IMG/VR virus record: IMGVR_UViG_3300029969_000011
Length of the DNA: 64,000 nt
Direction: 5' to 3' (one strand)
From: a virus
Lineage: Duplodnaviria > Heunggongvirae > Uroviricota > Caudoviricetes
Shown: one piece after another, positions 27,776-37,203 of the stretch
Numbering within the stretch: position 1 is the stretch's first letter
How the letters are laid out: every line of letters begins with the position of its first letter
The notes under the pieces: model-generated
The model's database searches: none
What the model saw: only the letters and a program-made list of their open reading frames with translations
Told to the model about the DNA's origin: nothing
Translations under genes and position numbers: made by a program

Positions 27776-28681
27776 TTAGTGCGCCGCCTTATCAGCTTCG
27801 TGAAGACGCTCAAGGTCACGCATAAAGTCTGCACTATAACGAGCTGCCATCTTCTCCATATACTTCTCGCCCTTGTAGTGGTCCATATGGTGGTTGATTA
27901 AAAGAACGATATAGTGATTACGGTCAGAGCAACCAGTATGAGATAAGTAGAAGTATGCTCCTACATTCTCATGGTTATAGAAGTGTGCCTCTTCTGTAGG
28001 GTTGTTGCGAGCGTCGTGATAAACCTTGCAGTAAGGCTTACCAATATCGTGGAAGAGTGCCGCAGTTCTTACTAAGTCAGAACGAGTTGAGTCTCTTACT
28101 GTCTTATTCATCTCGTCAACGATATACTTCTCTGCCGCTCTCATATGTGCGCCGATAGTTAAAGAGTGGTGATGATTATCGTGAGGGATATTATCAGCTT
28201 CGAAAAGCATTTCTCCTATTACATCGAAGTTATTATCATTACCGAAAGTCATTATCTTATCCCAACCCTCAGAGTAGTCAGGTACCTCGAAGCTTCTAAG
28301 CATACGGTCGAGAACGAACTCAGGAACGACACGCTCACGGGAAGCATTACGCTCCTTTACAACCTCGAAAGGAGGTACGCAAAGAACGCATATCTTTACA
28401 AGGTCAGGTATCTTAGATAACTCCTTTAAGAAGCCTATACGACGCTTAGCATTGACGTTTGTTGCGTCATAGTAAACATCGACATTAGCCTTTAAAAGGT
28501 CGCGAGTACGAGTTAACATTAAGTTGAATACTTCTGCGTTATGAGTCTGGTCATTAACGTCTCCAAATACGTCCTGCCGTATCTGGTCAGAAGATACATA
28601 AGCTGCTTCAGAGAAGTAAGCCTTATATAAAGTAGACTTACCAGAGCCAGGGAGTCCTACAGTGAAAAATAATCTTGGCAT
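27776..28681 (-). CDS. polynucleotide 5'-kinase (T4 Pnk-like) fused to an HD-domain phosphohydrolase
   Basis: N-terminus LFFTVGLPGSGKST plus downstream kinase region resembling T4 Pnkp; C-terminus HHHSLTIGAHM...LFHDIGK = HD motifs; start ATG 28681 with AAGGAGA RBS. Confidence 0.6.
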   Translation of the reverse strand: MPRLFFTVGLPGSGKSTLYKAYFSEAAYVSSDQIRQDVFGDVNDQTHNAEVFNLMLTRTRDLLKANVDVYYDATNVNAKRRIGFLKELSKIPDLVKICVLCVPPFEVVKERNASRERVVPEFVLDRMLRSFEVPDYSEGWDKIMTFGNDNNFDVIGEMLFEADNIPHDNHHHSLTIGAHMRAAEKYIVDEMNKTVRDSTRSDLVRTAALFHDIGKPYCKVYHDARNNPTEEAHFYNHENVGAYFYLSHTGCSDRNHYIVLLINHHMDHYKGEKYMEKMAARYSADFMRDLERLHEADKAAH

Positions 28682-28683
28682 AT

Positions 28684-28908
28684 TTAGTCTCCTTTCCATT
28701 TTACAAATCCGCCAATGTTAATAATGAAATATGCTATATACATTAAAACCATTGGCAAATTAAATACTCCTACAATATTGACCGCTATCCATAGGAAGTT
28801 TCCTATTATCCAAGCTATCCAACCAATACGCTTTTTTAACATAATGAGGATATTTCCGCCGAGACTAAAGATAGCTCCAAGAATAGAAAGTATCAATATC
28901 AAATTCAT
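28684..28908 (-). CDS. small multi-TM membrane protein
   Basis: 74 aa, three hydrophobic segments. Confidence 0.4.
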   Translation of the reverse strand: MNLILILSILGAIFSLGGNILIMLKKRIGWIAWIIGNFLWIAVNIVGVFNLPMVLMYIAYFIINIGGFVKWKGD

Positions 28909-28991
28909 TTTATCACCTTTGATATAAATATTATACTATAAATCAGAAAAAAAGTCAAAGGTTTTTAAGCCTTTGACTTATAAAAGTTAGA

Positions 28992-29134
28992 TTAGTCCTT
29001 ATTAGGTTCCTCATCTTTATCTTCTTCTTCTTCCTTGTTTGCTGCGGCAAGAGCTGCTGCTTCGATTTCTTTCAAAGTACCAGCATCAATGAACTCTCTT
29101 CTTGTGCCGCCACCGATAATCATATCCATGTTCA
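28992..29134 (-). CDS. small acidic protein (47 aa)
   Basis: ATG 29132-29134 with GGAGGCAG RBS; below ORF-track cutoff. Confidence 0.3.
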
Positions 29135-29734
29135 TTATTCTGCCTCCTTTACCTTATAGTATGTTCCAGTACCCCAATCATTAGGCTGTGAACTAAGAAG
29201 TACGTATTTTGTTCCTTCTAATTCGTAGTATGTATTCTCTGCGAACGCTGGTGAGTATGTAGTAGTTGAAGTAAATTCTACTGGAGTAAATACATAAGAG
29301 CCTTCTGCTCCACTTCTTGTATAGAATGTTCCAGTTCCCCAACCTGCTGGCTGTTCAGTTAATGCTACTGCACTCTGTTCATTTGAATCATAGTAGATGC
29401 CAGATTCAAAAGCTGGTGAGTATGTAGTAGTTGAACTAAATGTCACAGCCTCATACTCTGGAGTTGGCTCTGGAGCATTAGTATCCTCTGCCCAAGTCTC
29501 AAAAGCCTGTGCGTAAGCAACTACACCTGCACCCATAAGTTCCTGCTTTGTTCCTGGCTGAGGGTAAATAGTTTTCTCGAAGCCTTCAATAGTAGGCTTA
29601 GTCTTACTATCACCAACTGCCAATGACTGAGCAGGCTGTGGCTTTGTACTCTGCTGATATTCAGCTTCACGATATGCCGCAGGACCATAGAAGGACTCCT
29701 TAATTCCATGCATTGGTCTTGAATTATAAGTCAT
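29135..29734 (-). CDS. hypothetical protein with internal tandem ~45-aa repeat
   Basis: Repeat ...STTTYSPAFE..YY...........QP..WGTGT.Y... occurs twice; start trimmed to ATG 29734 with GGAGGG RBS. Confidence 0.4.
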   Translation of the reverse strand: MTYNSRPMHGIKESFYGPAAYREAEYQQSTKPQPAQSLAVGDSKTKPTIEGFEKTIYPQPGTKQELMGAGVVAYAQAFETWAEDTNAPEPTPEYEAVTFSSTTTYSPAFESGIYYDSNEQSAVALTEQPAGWGTGTFYTRSGAEGSYVFTPVEFTSTTTYSPAFAENTYYELEGTKYVLLSSQPNDWGTGTYYKVKEAE

Positions 29735-29791
29735 TGTTTTCCCTCCTTTATTAAGAATAAGCAGAAACCTCTGCTTCAAAATAAAGTAGAT

Positions 29792-29980
29792 TTATATAAC
29801 ATTTCCTCTAACTATTATCTCTCTCTGTACATAATAATAGTCACATCCGCCGCCTTGCTTTAATCTTTCGCCCATTTCTTCTGCTTGATACTGCTCTTCA
29901 AAAACTTGATAAAGTTTTGCACTTATAGAGTTATAACTTCCGATGTATAAAAGATAACAAAACATAATCAGCACCTCCAT
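29792..29980 (-). CDS. small hypothetical protein
   Basis: 62-aa ORF. Confidence 0.3.
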   Translation of the reverse strand: MEVLIMFCYLLYIGSYNSISAKLYQVFEEQYQAEEMGERLKQGGGCDYYYVQREIIVRGNVI

Positions 29981-30027
29981 ATACAGGTTGCGCCGCGACC
30001 CTCAAAATTAAAGACCGCGGCTTAGTT

Positions 30028-30339
30028 TTAACGATACTGGTGATAGAAGGATTGAACGAATCTATCCCATTCCTTATTGATAAGATTGCATATTTTCTCT
30101 GCATCCTTCTTATTCTTGAACACACAGTGAGGGAAACCTGTGCGACCCTTTATCGTGCCGCCATTGACAGCACAGTAGCGAAGATACTCAGGGTAAGTAA
30201 AACCGAGGAGTCTTGCGGCGAGGACGCCATATGAACCACGGAGAATTAAGTTTGGATTTTTGTCGTGAAAGTCTTCTGTAAGACCAATCGTATAATTGAC
30301 AAGTTCACAGTCTTCACGAACTGTAAAAGCCTTTTCCAT
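30028..30339 (-). CDS. hypothetical protein
   Basis: 103-aa ORF. Confidence 0.4.
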   Translation of the reverse strand: MEKAFTVREDCELVNYTIGLTEDFHDKNPNLILRGSYGVLAARLLGFTYPEYLRYCAVNGGTIKGRTGFPHCVFKNKKDAEKICNLINKEWDRFVQSFYHQYR

Positions 30340-30878
30340 TAAAATACTCCTTCCGCATAATATTTTGTATTACAATATTCACAACTCATTGTACTTAAAC
30401 TAATTGTGCCGCCGCAGCGTTCACAAGTAGGTACAGGTTTAAGTCCTTGTAACATAGGTATTTTCTTCTCCTCATCTTCTGGCTTTTTAATTCTCTTAAC
30501 CCAGTCTTTACATAAGTCAACAAGAAGAGTTTCTCCCCCAAAACAACTGTCATTACACATCTCAAGGAAAGGAGCTCGTCCAACAGAGAAAGTATTTCTC
30601 CAAGGTATCTTATAGGAATAGAATTTCTTTTCCCAGTAGATGAGAATGAAAAGCTTCTCGTCGAAAAGATTAAGCTGTTGAAAAAGTTTTATTTTTCTGT
30701 CATATTCTCTTAATACAAATTCCTCTACCCTATCCATTTGCTGATGATGGCTAAGACCACAGACCATAGTTGCAGGATAATCTTCTCTATATGGCCATTG
30801 TCCCATTTGAACTACTGGATAGCCATTAAATGTAACTATCTCATGAATAGCCTCATCATTAGTTTTAACACATCTCAT
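30339..30878 (-). CDS. hypothetical protein with C-terminal zinc ribbon
   Basis: 179 aa; CERCGG...CEYCN. Confidence 0.4.
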   Translation of the reverse strand: MRCVKTNDEAIHEIVTFNGYPVVQMGQWPYREDYPATMVCGLSHHQQMDRVEEFVLREYDRKIKLFQQLNLFDEKLFILIYWEKKFYSYKIPWRNTFSVGRAPFLEMCNDSCFGGETLLVDLCKDWVKRIKKPEDEEKKIPMLQGLKPVPTCERCGGTISLSTMSCEYCNTKYYAEGVF

Positions 30879-31198
30879 CAGAATATCTCCCTTCTCAGAG
30901 CTTCAAGTTCAGCCCTTTCAGTTGCATCTATAGAGCAAGTCTTAAGAAGTGCTTCAGGAACGCCGCAACTTTGTGCAATTAAATCATTAATCTTCATAAT
31001 GAAGCCGCCACAATCATTCGCTTCCTTATCAAAAGTTATCTGAATACGCTGTGACTTAGGAACGTAGTCAGGAATTATATACTTGCTTACTGTGCTAACT
31101 GAACGTCCTACAGCTTCAGCAACCCTTGCCTTTACTTTAAATTCACAATAAAGCTCGTTAATAAGCTCTATCTCTTCCTGTGTAACTTTATTAGCCAC
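30878..31198 (-). CDS. putative HTH DNA-binding protein
   Basis: 106 aa; AEAVGRSVSTVSKYI helix-turn-helix-like. Confidence 0.4.
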   Translation of the reverse strand: MANKVTQEEIELINELYCEFKVKARVAEAVGRSVSTVSKYIIPDYVPKSQRIQITFDKEANDCGGFIMKINDLIAQSCGVPEALLKTCSIDATERAELEALRREIF

Positions 31199-31412
31199 AA
31201 TACCTCTCTCCTTTCGACTTCACAAATTCACGAAATTCCTGTTTATTTTTTAAGTTCATTTCTTCTCTTGGATTCTTATTATCAGACATAATGAATATAG
31301 GTTCTTCATCAAGATTCAAGCCTGTCACTCTATTCGCAAGGATTTCAATGTTTTTAGCTAAGAGTGAGGCGATATGTCCGCTATCGTTAGCAGAAACAAT
31401 AGCTACTCTCAT
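31191..31412 (-). CDS. hypothetical protein
   Basis: 73-aa ORF. Confidence 0.35.
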   Translation of the reverse strand: MRVAIVSANDSGHIASLLAKNIEILANRVTGLNLDEEPIFIMSDNKNPREEMNLKNKQEFREFVKSKGERYCG

Positions 31413-31413
31413 A

Positions 31414-31671
31414 TTATTCCTCCCTTTCCTTTAACCAAGCTGACTTACCAGTCTTGGAAATGTAAAGCCAGTTCTCCATCATTTCTCCTTCAGGATAGCC
31501 CTCGACTAACTTTACCTTTAAATCGAGATTAGCTGTCTGAGAGAGAAACTCTTTTTTCTTCATTTTAATTGAATGTTCTTTTTCTTCGCCGTAGGAATTG
31601 ACTGTTGTAATCATAAGATTAAAACGTGAAGCCAAAGCCTGCTCAGCGAGGACTCTATTTGTTCCCGTCAT
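31414..31671 (-). CDS. hypothetical protein
   Basis: 85-aa ORF. Confidence 0.35.
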   Translation of the reverse strand: MTGTNRVLAEQALASRFNLMITTVNSYGEEKEHSIKMKKKEFLSQTANLDLKVKLVEGYPEGEMMENWLYISKTGKSAWLKEREE

Positions 31672-31755
31672 TCTAATCTCTCCTTTACTTTTATAATAAT
31701 ATTATACTATAAAATATAAAAAAAGTCAAAGCTTTTTTAGCTTTGACTTTCTTAA

Positions 31756-32089
31756 ATCAGTTTTCATTTGCTTCCTAATTAGAAGTATCTTCGGCAGGCG
31801 TTGCTTCTGAGAAATTAAGGAAGAGACTGTCGTCAATACAATTGACTATTTTTGTAACTCTACCTCCCTCATCTACATCAAACTGAACAACCTGTCCATT
31901 GAGGTTTTCCCAGTTTGGTGTGTCTGCCGCCTGAAGGATACCTGCGATTCCATTTAAGTCTTGTATTATAATTGGACCTACGGGATAATGCTGCTCTTTA
32001 GTTGCAACTACAAGCTATACTCCCATTACCCATTCGTCACCGTTCTTTGCAAGTCCAAGATATGTACCAGTAATCTTACCATTCATCAT
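31756..32089 (-). CDS. hypothetical protein with in-frame TAG codons (missed by ORF track)
   Basis: ATG 32087-32089 with GGAGGAG RBS; reads MMNGKITGTYLGLAKNGDEWVMGV-TAG-LVVATKEQ... to a TGA; only TAG interrupts the frame. Confidence 0.4.
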
Positions 32090-32104
32090 TAGAAAATCTC
32101 CTCC

Positions 32105-32815
32105 TTAGAAAATTGTTTCTTTACTATCATCTGCAATCATACGCACATCATCGTAAAGGATTATTCCGTCTGGAGTTACCTTATCAACGTGGTAATGACC
32201 ACAATAATGTTGTTTATAAATAGTTTCATTTAAAACCTTATCAAGCATAAGGTCAGATACAGTAGATTTGAAACCAAGAAAGTTACAAATCTTTGAGCCG
32301 CCAGTGTGAGAAAAGACATAATCTACTGTGCCGCGATAGCAAGAAAGATTAGCCTTTGCTATCTCAACTTCTTCCTCTGTTATTTGCTCCTGCTCCCACC
32401 AAGAGGTATGTGGATGACGATAACGCTTACCGTCAATAAATATATCGTGTGAGTCTGCCCCATTCATAACAAGACAATCCTGACCACACAGATGATATAT
32501 TTTACCAGTCATAGCGTAGTAGATAGAATCAGAAACTTGATAGCACTCTTCGCCGCCGAATGTAGTGGTAGGAAGCTGTTCAATTCTGTCGTAGTTCTCG
32601 TGATTACCAAGGACACAGAAAGTTGTCCAAGGCTTATCGTTCAAAAACTTTTGCCAAAATCTCTCCTGAGAACTATCAGCCCAAATGAAACCTGCGTCTC
32701 CCATTATGACAAGAATATCTTCTTTAGTCAAATCATTACATTTAAAATGGCGGCTATTTAATTTTGACATATCGAGACCACCGTGGGTGTCTCCTGTGAC
32801 AAATAATCTTGCCAT
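32105..32815 (-). CDS. calcineurin-like metallophosphoesterase
   Basis: 236 aa; GDTHG...GDAG...GNHEN motifs. Confidence 0.65.
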   Translation of the reverse strand: MARLFVTGDTHGGLDMSKLNSRHFKCNDLTKEDILVIMGDAGFIWADSSQERFWQKFLNDKPWTTFCVLGNHENYDRIEQLPTTTFGGEECYQVSDSIYYAMTGKIYHLCGQDCLVMNGADSHDIFIDGKRYRHPHTSWWEQEQITEEEVEIAKANLSCYRGTVDYVFSHTGGSKICNFLGFKSTVSDLMLDKVLNETIYKQHYCGHYHVDKVTPDGIILYDDVRMIADDSKETIF

Positions 32816-32827
32816 AAAAATCTCTCC

Positions 32828-33091
32828 TTATTCGTGAATATAGTTGCCGTCGCCGCCCTCGATATTTATCCAAGGTTCAACAACAGAATAAAGGTCATTA
32901 TCACTCTCGAACCAGATGTCATCGCCCCACTCAGCGTGAGCCATTAAAACACCAAGAAAACTTCTTGCGTCGACTCTGTAACGACCATTGCTATGGACAA
33001 GCTCCATACGACTTTCATCATTTAAAAAGTTTAACTTTCTACTGAAAGCTTCAACGTCCTTATAACCATCGAGATAAATTCTTACTCTCAT
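32828..33091 (-). CDS. hypothetical protein
   Basis: 87-aa ORF. Confidence 0.4.
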   Translation of the reverse strand: MRVRIYLDGYKDVEAFSRKLNFLNDESRMELVHSNGRYRVDARSFLGVLMAHAEWGDDIWFESDNDLYSVVEPWINIEGGDGNYIHE

Positions 33092-33253
33092 TCTCTTTCC
33101 TCCTTACTTAGAGTTGCCGAAGAAACCATCAAGGACAGCTTTAGTAAGGACATATACAATTATGCCAAATAATATCAATCCCATTTGAATTTCTCCTTTC
33201 ATCTTTTGATATAAAAATTATATCATAAAAGAAAGGGAAAGTCAAATAATTGA

Positions 33254-33643
33254 TTATCCCTTTCTGATGTTATATCCATACTGGTCGGAGTGATAAAATT
33301 CTATCCAGTATTTTTCTTTTTCGGTCTGTTCTTCTTTTGGGCAAACCTCTACGATTTCCCAAGTGAAGTTCTCCAAACCTTCTTTGAACATAGCGTCATA
33401 GATTTGACCAGCTATTCGTTCAATATTACAGCCGCGCTTAGCATGGGTACGCCAACGGTCTATAAACTTTGTTGTTTTACCAATATAAACTTTTTCATCA
33501 TTTATATTAGTAATCTTATAAATGCCGCCCTTATCTTTCTTGTCACCAAGAACTCGTTTAAAGAGCTCCTCTATTTGAGTTTTATAGTAAGTCTCATATA
33601 GGAGTTTATAAAAGATTTCTGGACGGGAGAAGCCAGGTGCCAT
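33254..33643 (-). CDS. GIY-YIG homing endonuclease (possibly the C-terminal part of a TAG-readthrough fusion starting at 34285)
   Basis: GIYKITNINDEKVYIGKT...R..H, catalytic E near the end; no RBS at its ATG and the frame stays open upstream through three TAGs to ATG 34285. Confidence 0.55.
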   Translation of the reverse strand: MAPGFSRPEIFYKLLYETYYKTQIEELFKRVLGDKKDKGGIYKITNINDEKVYIGKTTKFIDRWRTHAKRGCNIERIAGQIYDAMFKEGLENFTWEIVEVCPKEEQTEKEKYWIEFYHSDQYGYNIRKG

Positions 33644-34285
33644 AGACTTTAACTTAGCTATATCTGAAAGAGTTAAAGTATCGAGAGTAATGTGATAGAA
33701 GTCGCGTTGCTTACGAACTTCCTCATCTTTCTTAAACTAAGCTACGATTGCCGCCTGTCTTTGTTCAAAGGCTTTAATTTCTTCAGTCAACGCCGCCTTT
33801 TTCAAATTTATTTCGTCGCTGAACGTCTAAAAATTTACAGCCAACTGCTCCTTATCTTTCTCATATTGAGCCTGAACACCAGCTATCTTCTTTTCTCGTT
33901 CTGCTGTCGCCGCGGCAACGATTTCAGCATTTTCTTTTTGACGCTCAAGTTCAGCTTCCCTATCCATTTTAGCATACTCTTCACGAGTTGCTATATATTG
34001 TGCGTCAAGTCTTTGTACATCGGTATTATATTGAGCTTTCTTCTCTTCGAGCATACAGGTGTATTCTCTTAATGATGCCTGTTTTCCTGCAATCTCCTTT
34101 TGGATTTCATCCGTCATTTCCTTGACGGCGGCATCTTTCTTCTCAATAAGTCCTTTCTTAACTTTCTCCTATTCGGAAGAAAACTTTAGCTTACCTTTAA
34201 GAGACTTAACCGATAGAATATCGCAGACGGCATATGTAATGCCGCCACACACGATACCAAGTAATATGACCAATATCCATATCAT
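33644..34285 (-). CDS. TM + coiled-coil protein interrupted only by TAG codons
   Basis: ATG 34283-34285 with AGGGGTG RBS; MIWILVILGIVCGGITYAVC TM then coiled coil; TAGs at about 34169, 33827 and 33737 are the only stops; contains ORF 33827..34117. Confidence 0.4.
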
Positions 34286-34611
34286 TCAGTATTCACCCCT
34301 GAAGCTAAATCAATTCCCACTATAAATGGATATTGAGCAGATAGATTATAACCATGTCCATCTTTACATTGGGAGTTAAATTTCTTGATATAAAAACTAC
34401 GCCACTCATTTAATTTTTCGTTTGGAAATTCTCCTATTATATAAAATAGAAAATTCTCTTTCCCATACTTTTCCATTTCGTTGAGAAGTAAAGGATTTTC
34501 TTTTATTTCTTCTTTAATATAATGGCGATATATGATTTTAGGACTTTCAATTGTTTTACCCACATATATCTTTCCATTAATTAAATTTTTAAGATAGTAT
34601 AAGTATCCCAT
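34282..34611 (-). CDS. GIY-YIG homing endonuclease
   Basis: 109 aa; GYLYYLKNLINGKIYVGKT = GIY...YIG motif. Confidence 0.55.
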   Translation of the reverse strand: MGYLYYLKNLINGKIYVGKTIESPKIIYRHYIKEEIKENPLLLNEMEKYGKENFLFYIIGEFPNEKLNEWRSFYIKKFNSQCKDGHGYNLSAQYPFIVGIDLASGVNTE

Positions 34612-35432
34612 TACTCCATTTCAGCTCCACAGTCTGGGCAGTACTTAGTTTTCTCCTGAAATGCTCCTTCACATTCTGAACACCAGTAATATGTACACAT
34701 ACCACTTGGAGTACTATCGTGCATTTTAGCCCATTCATATACATCTATCCAGCGACCCTTTGGACGCCAAGTAAATTCCTTAATAGGCTTATGTCTACCG
34801 CAGCAATCCTTTGCGCTTTCTGGACAAGCCTTAATCTGTCCTGCTTCACACTTAGGCACAAGAACAGTAGAAAGTATTGCCTTTTCTTCATCAGAAATCT
34901 GTCGTGCCGCCAAGACCTCTCTTGTCATACCATTGGCAACCTCATGGATTTCCTTTGAAGCTCTGCTACACATACGCTCATTACAGAAGTGCATAAACGC
35001 TCTTAAATTAAAAGTAATATAGATTACTGTTGGAGTAGCATTAGGAAGAACGTCACGAGCATCTTCGGTTCTTACTCCTTTACCAATCATTAGTTTATAC
35101 TCAGCAAGAGCATTGTCGCAGTAATAACTGAGTTCTTCTTTAAGTTCTGCTGGTACTCCATCTAATGCCCAGTCTAAATCATCGTAAGTTACATAGCGCT
35201 GAGACTGTTGTGAATATGAAGCGATTCTATGTCTTACAATCTGATGAGAACAAACTCTTGAAATTCCTTCTACCCTAAAAGTAAATGAGCAATGTTCAAG
35301 AACAGAATGATGCCCCGAACGAATACAACCCTTTATAACATTAAGGTCAGGTTCACTATCATAACAAGCTGCTGCCGCCTCAGCACAAACATATAACGGA
35401 TTAGGTGTATATCCTACAAGTGTTACTTTCAT
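34611..35432 (-). CDS. thyX: flavin-dependent thymidylate synthase ThyX with C-terminal zinc-ribbon extension
   Basis: 273 aa; ThyX signature RHRIASYSQQSQRY (RHRxxxxxxxS); C-terminus CSEC...CPDCG. Confidence 0.75.
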   Translation of the reverse strand: MKVTLVGYTPNPLYVCAEAAAACYDSEPDLNVIKGCIRSGHHSVLEHCSFTFRVEGISRVCSHQIVRHRIASYSQQSQRYVTYDDLDWALDGVPAELKEELSYYCDNALAEYKLMIGKGVRTEDARDVLPNATPTVIYITFNLRAFMHFCNERMCSRASKEIHEVANGMTREVLAARQISDEEKAILSTVLVPKCEAGQIKACPESAKDCCGRHKPIKEFTWRPKGRWIDVYEWAKMHDSTPSGMCTYYWCSECEGAFQEKTKYCPDCGAEME

Positions 35433-35448
35433 TCTTTATCTTCCTCCA

Positions 35449-36006
35449 TTACTTCTCGCTTAGGTTTATTTCTTCATTGTTCATAGACTCAAATAAGATT
35501 GCATCATCAATCATACGCGAAACATCAGTATAAAGTATTGGAGTGTAATTCCAATGTTCCATACTGAGGTTCAAGATATTGTTTTTGAATCTTTCCTTTT
35601 TCTTACTTAAAGACTGCGCCGCCGCATAGTATTTTACTTCATGACTTCCGAAGTTTCGTGGTTCTACGGCGATAATAGCTGGCTGTTCCTCGCCACATAT
35701 CTCGCCAATTGTGTATCCACCGACACAGATGGTTCGTGAAATTCCAAAATTTAGCCATTTTTCTTTTGAAAAAAATCCTGATGGAAGGTCTTCCCCATAG
35801 TCGATTATCTCCAATGTGCCCGTGAGCTGCGATATGACTTCTTTTATTTTATCTTCACCAGCTTCTTTATTAACAAAGTTTCCGATAATAAGAGCAATAT
35901 CATCTGGTTTTATAACCGAACGCCAGTTCTTAATTACTCTCTGTGTGATTTTCTCATCTGTCAATAGATTTGCGTCAGCACAGATATAAACTTTTCCCAT
36001 AGCCAT
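35449..36006 (-). CDS. hypothetical protein
   Basis: 185-aa ORF. Confidence 0.4.
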   Translation of the reverse strand: MAMGKVYICADANLLTDEKITQRVIKNWRSVIKPDDIALIIGNFVNKEAGEDKIKEVISQLTGTLEIIDYGEDLPSGFFSKEKWLNFGISRTICVGGYTIGEICGEEQPAIIAVEPRNFGSHEVKYYAAAQSLSKKKERFKNNILNLSMEHWNYTPILYTDVSRMIDDAILFESMNNEEINLSEK

Positions 36007-36200
36007 TTCCTCCTTTTCATTCTTTTATTAAATTATAACACAAATATTTTAAAAAGTCAAATAATTAAAAAAAAGAGTAGTCAATGACTACTCCTTTCGT
36101 TTGCGTGTTCCCATTTCGATATTTTCTGTTTTTGCCTTTTTACTTTTCTCGCTTACGCAATTGAGTTGCCAAGTCAATCACATATCTTTTCTAATGGGTA

Positions 36201-36701
36201 TTAGATAGTGCGGAAGTGGTTATATTTTCCATCTCCCCACCATTGGTTGCAAGTCCAGCCTGCAAATGTGTCGGGGTTGTTAAAGTAATAATCTACAGCG
36301 TCTGCCATCGCTGAGTAATGGATTGAGCCGCCGCAGAAATAATCTGAATATTTATTAAATCCCCAAGGAGCACAAGTCTGGTCGAGTACTGCTTCAACCG
36401 AACCAGGCCAACGAGAATCATTTACCATATTCATTACTGAAGCTACGATTTTTGCTCTTTCGTAGACATCAGGCATTCCACCGTATTCACTTGCGACAAT
36501 CTTGCAAAGCAATGTGTAATCATAATCGCTAACTACAGGAGCGGTTGCATTGCTTACATACGGATTTACTATTTCTAAATTTGGATTACATTCGCTACAT
36601 TTTCTACACTCAATATCGTTTGTATCTGTGATTTCATAACAAGTTGAATCAACCCAGTGACAAGTTGACTTATGTATATAGTGTGTACTTGGTTTGTACA
36701 C
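36201..36701 (-). CDS. cell-wall hydrolase (SleB/Hydrolase_2-like)
   Basis: 166 aa; LLCKIVASEYGGMPDVYERAKIVASVMNMVN resembles the SleB-family core. Confidence 0.45.
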   Translation of the reverse strand: MYKPSTHYIHKSTCHWVDSTCYEITDTNDIECRKCSECNPNLEIVNPYVSNATAPVVSDYDYTLLCKIVASEYGGMPDVYERAKIVASVMNMVNDSRWPGSVEAVLDQTCAPWGFNKYSDYFCGGSIHYSAMADAVDYYFNNPDTFAGWTCNQWWGDGKYNHFRTI

Positions 36702-36725
36702 TGTGTACTCTCTTGGTGTCTCTGC

Positions 36726-37088
36726 CTATGTTGGTGCCGCTTCAGTAACTTCGGCAGTTGTTACTGGTGCCGCCGGCTCAGTTTCTTCAACTGAGGAAGT
36801 GGATGTGCTTGTGAGTGTTGTAGTTGTGGATGTGCTTGTGAGCGAAGTTGTGGATGTGCTTGTGGTTGTAGTTGAGGTAACAGTGGTAGCTGTTGTGACT
36901 GGAGTTGTTGTAACTACTGTTGTAGTTGTTGACTCAGTTATTTCAGTAACCATTGCCGCCTTTACTGGCAGGTTTGTGCCGTGAGCTTTGTCAGTTCTTA
37001 CCACGGTAGGTGTCGCTAAACAAAGCACGACAGCAGCTGCAAGAACTGCTGTCGCAACCTGAATTGTTCTTTTTACAGTTATTTTCAT
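36726..37088 (-). CDS. secreted Thr-rich low-complexity protein
   Basis: Start ATG 37088 with GGAGG RBS; signal peptide MKITVKRTIQVATAVLAAAVVLCLA; (T/S/V)-rich repeats. Confidence 0.45.
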   Translation of the reverse strand: MKITVKRTIQVATAVLAAAVVLCLATPTVVRTDKAHGTNLPVKAAMVTEITESTTTTVVTTTPVTTATTVTSTTTTSTSTTSLTSTSTTTTLTSTSTSSVEETEPAAPVTTAEVTEAAPT

Positions 37089-37203
37089 TATAAATTCCTC
37101 CTTTTCGTCCTTGCGGACTATGAGGGGAACACGCATTTATACCGCCCGTTTAGCGGACGGCGATATATTTAAGTAGAAAATTATATAACCCCTTATATAA
37201 AAT

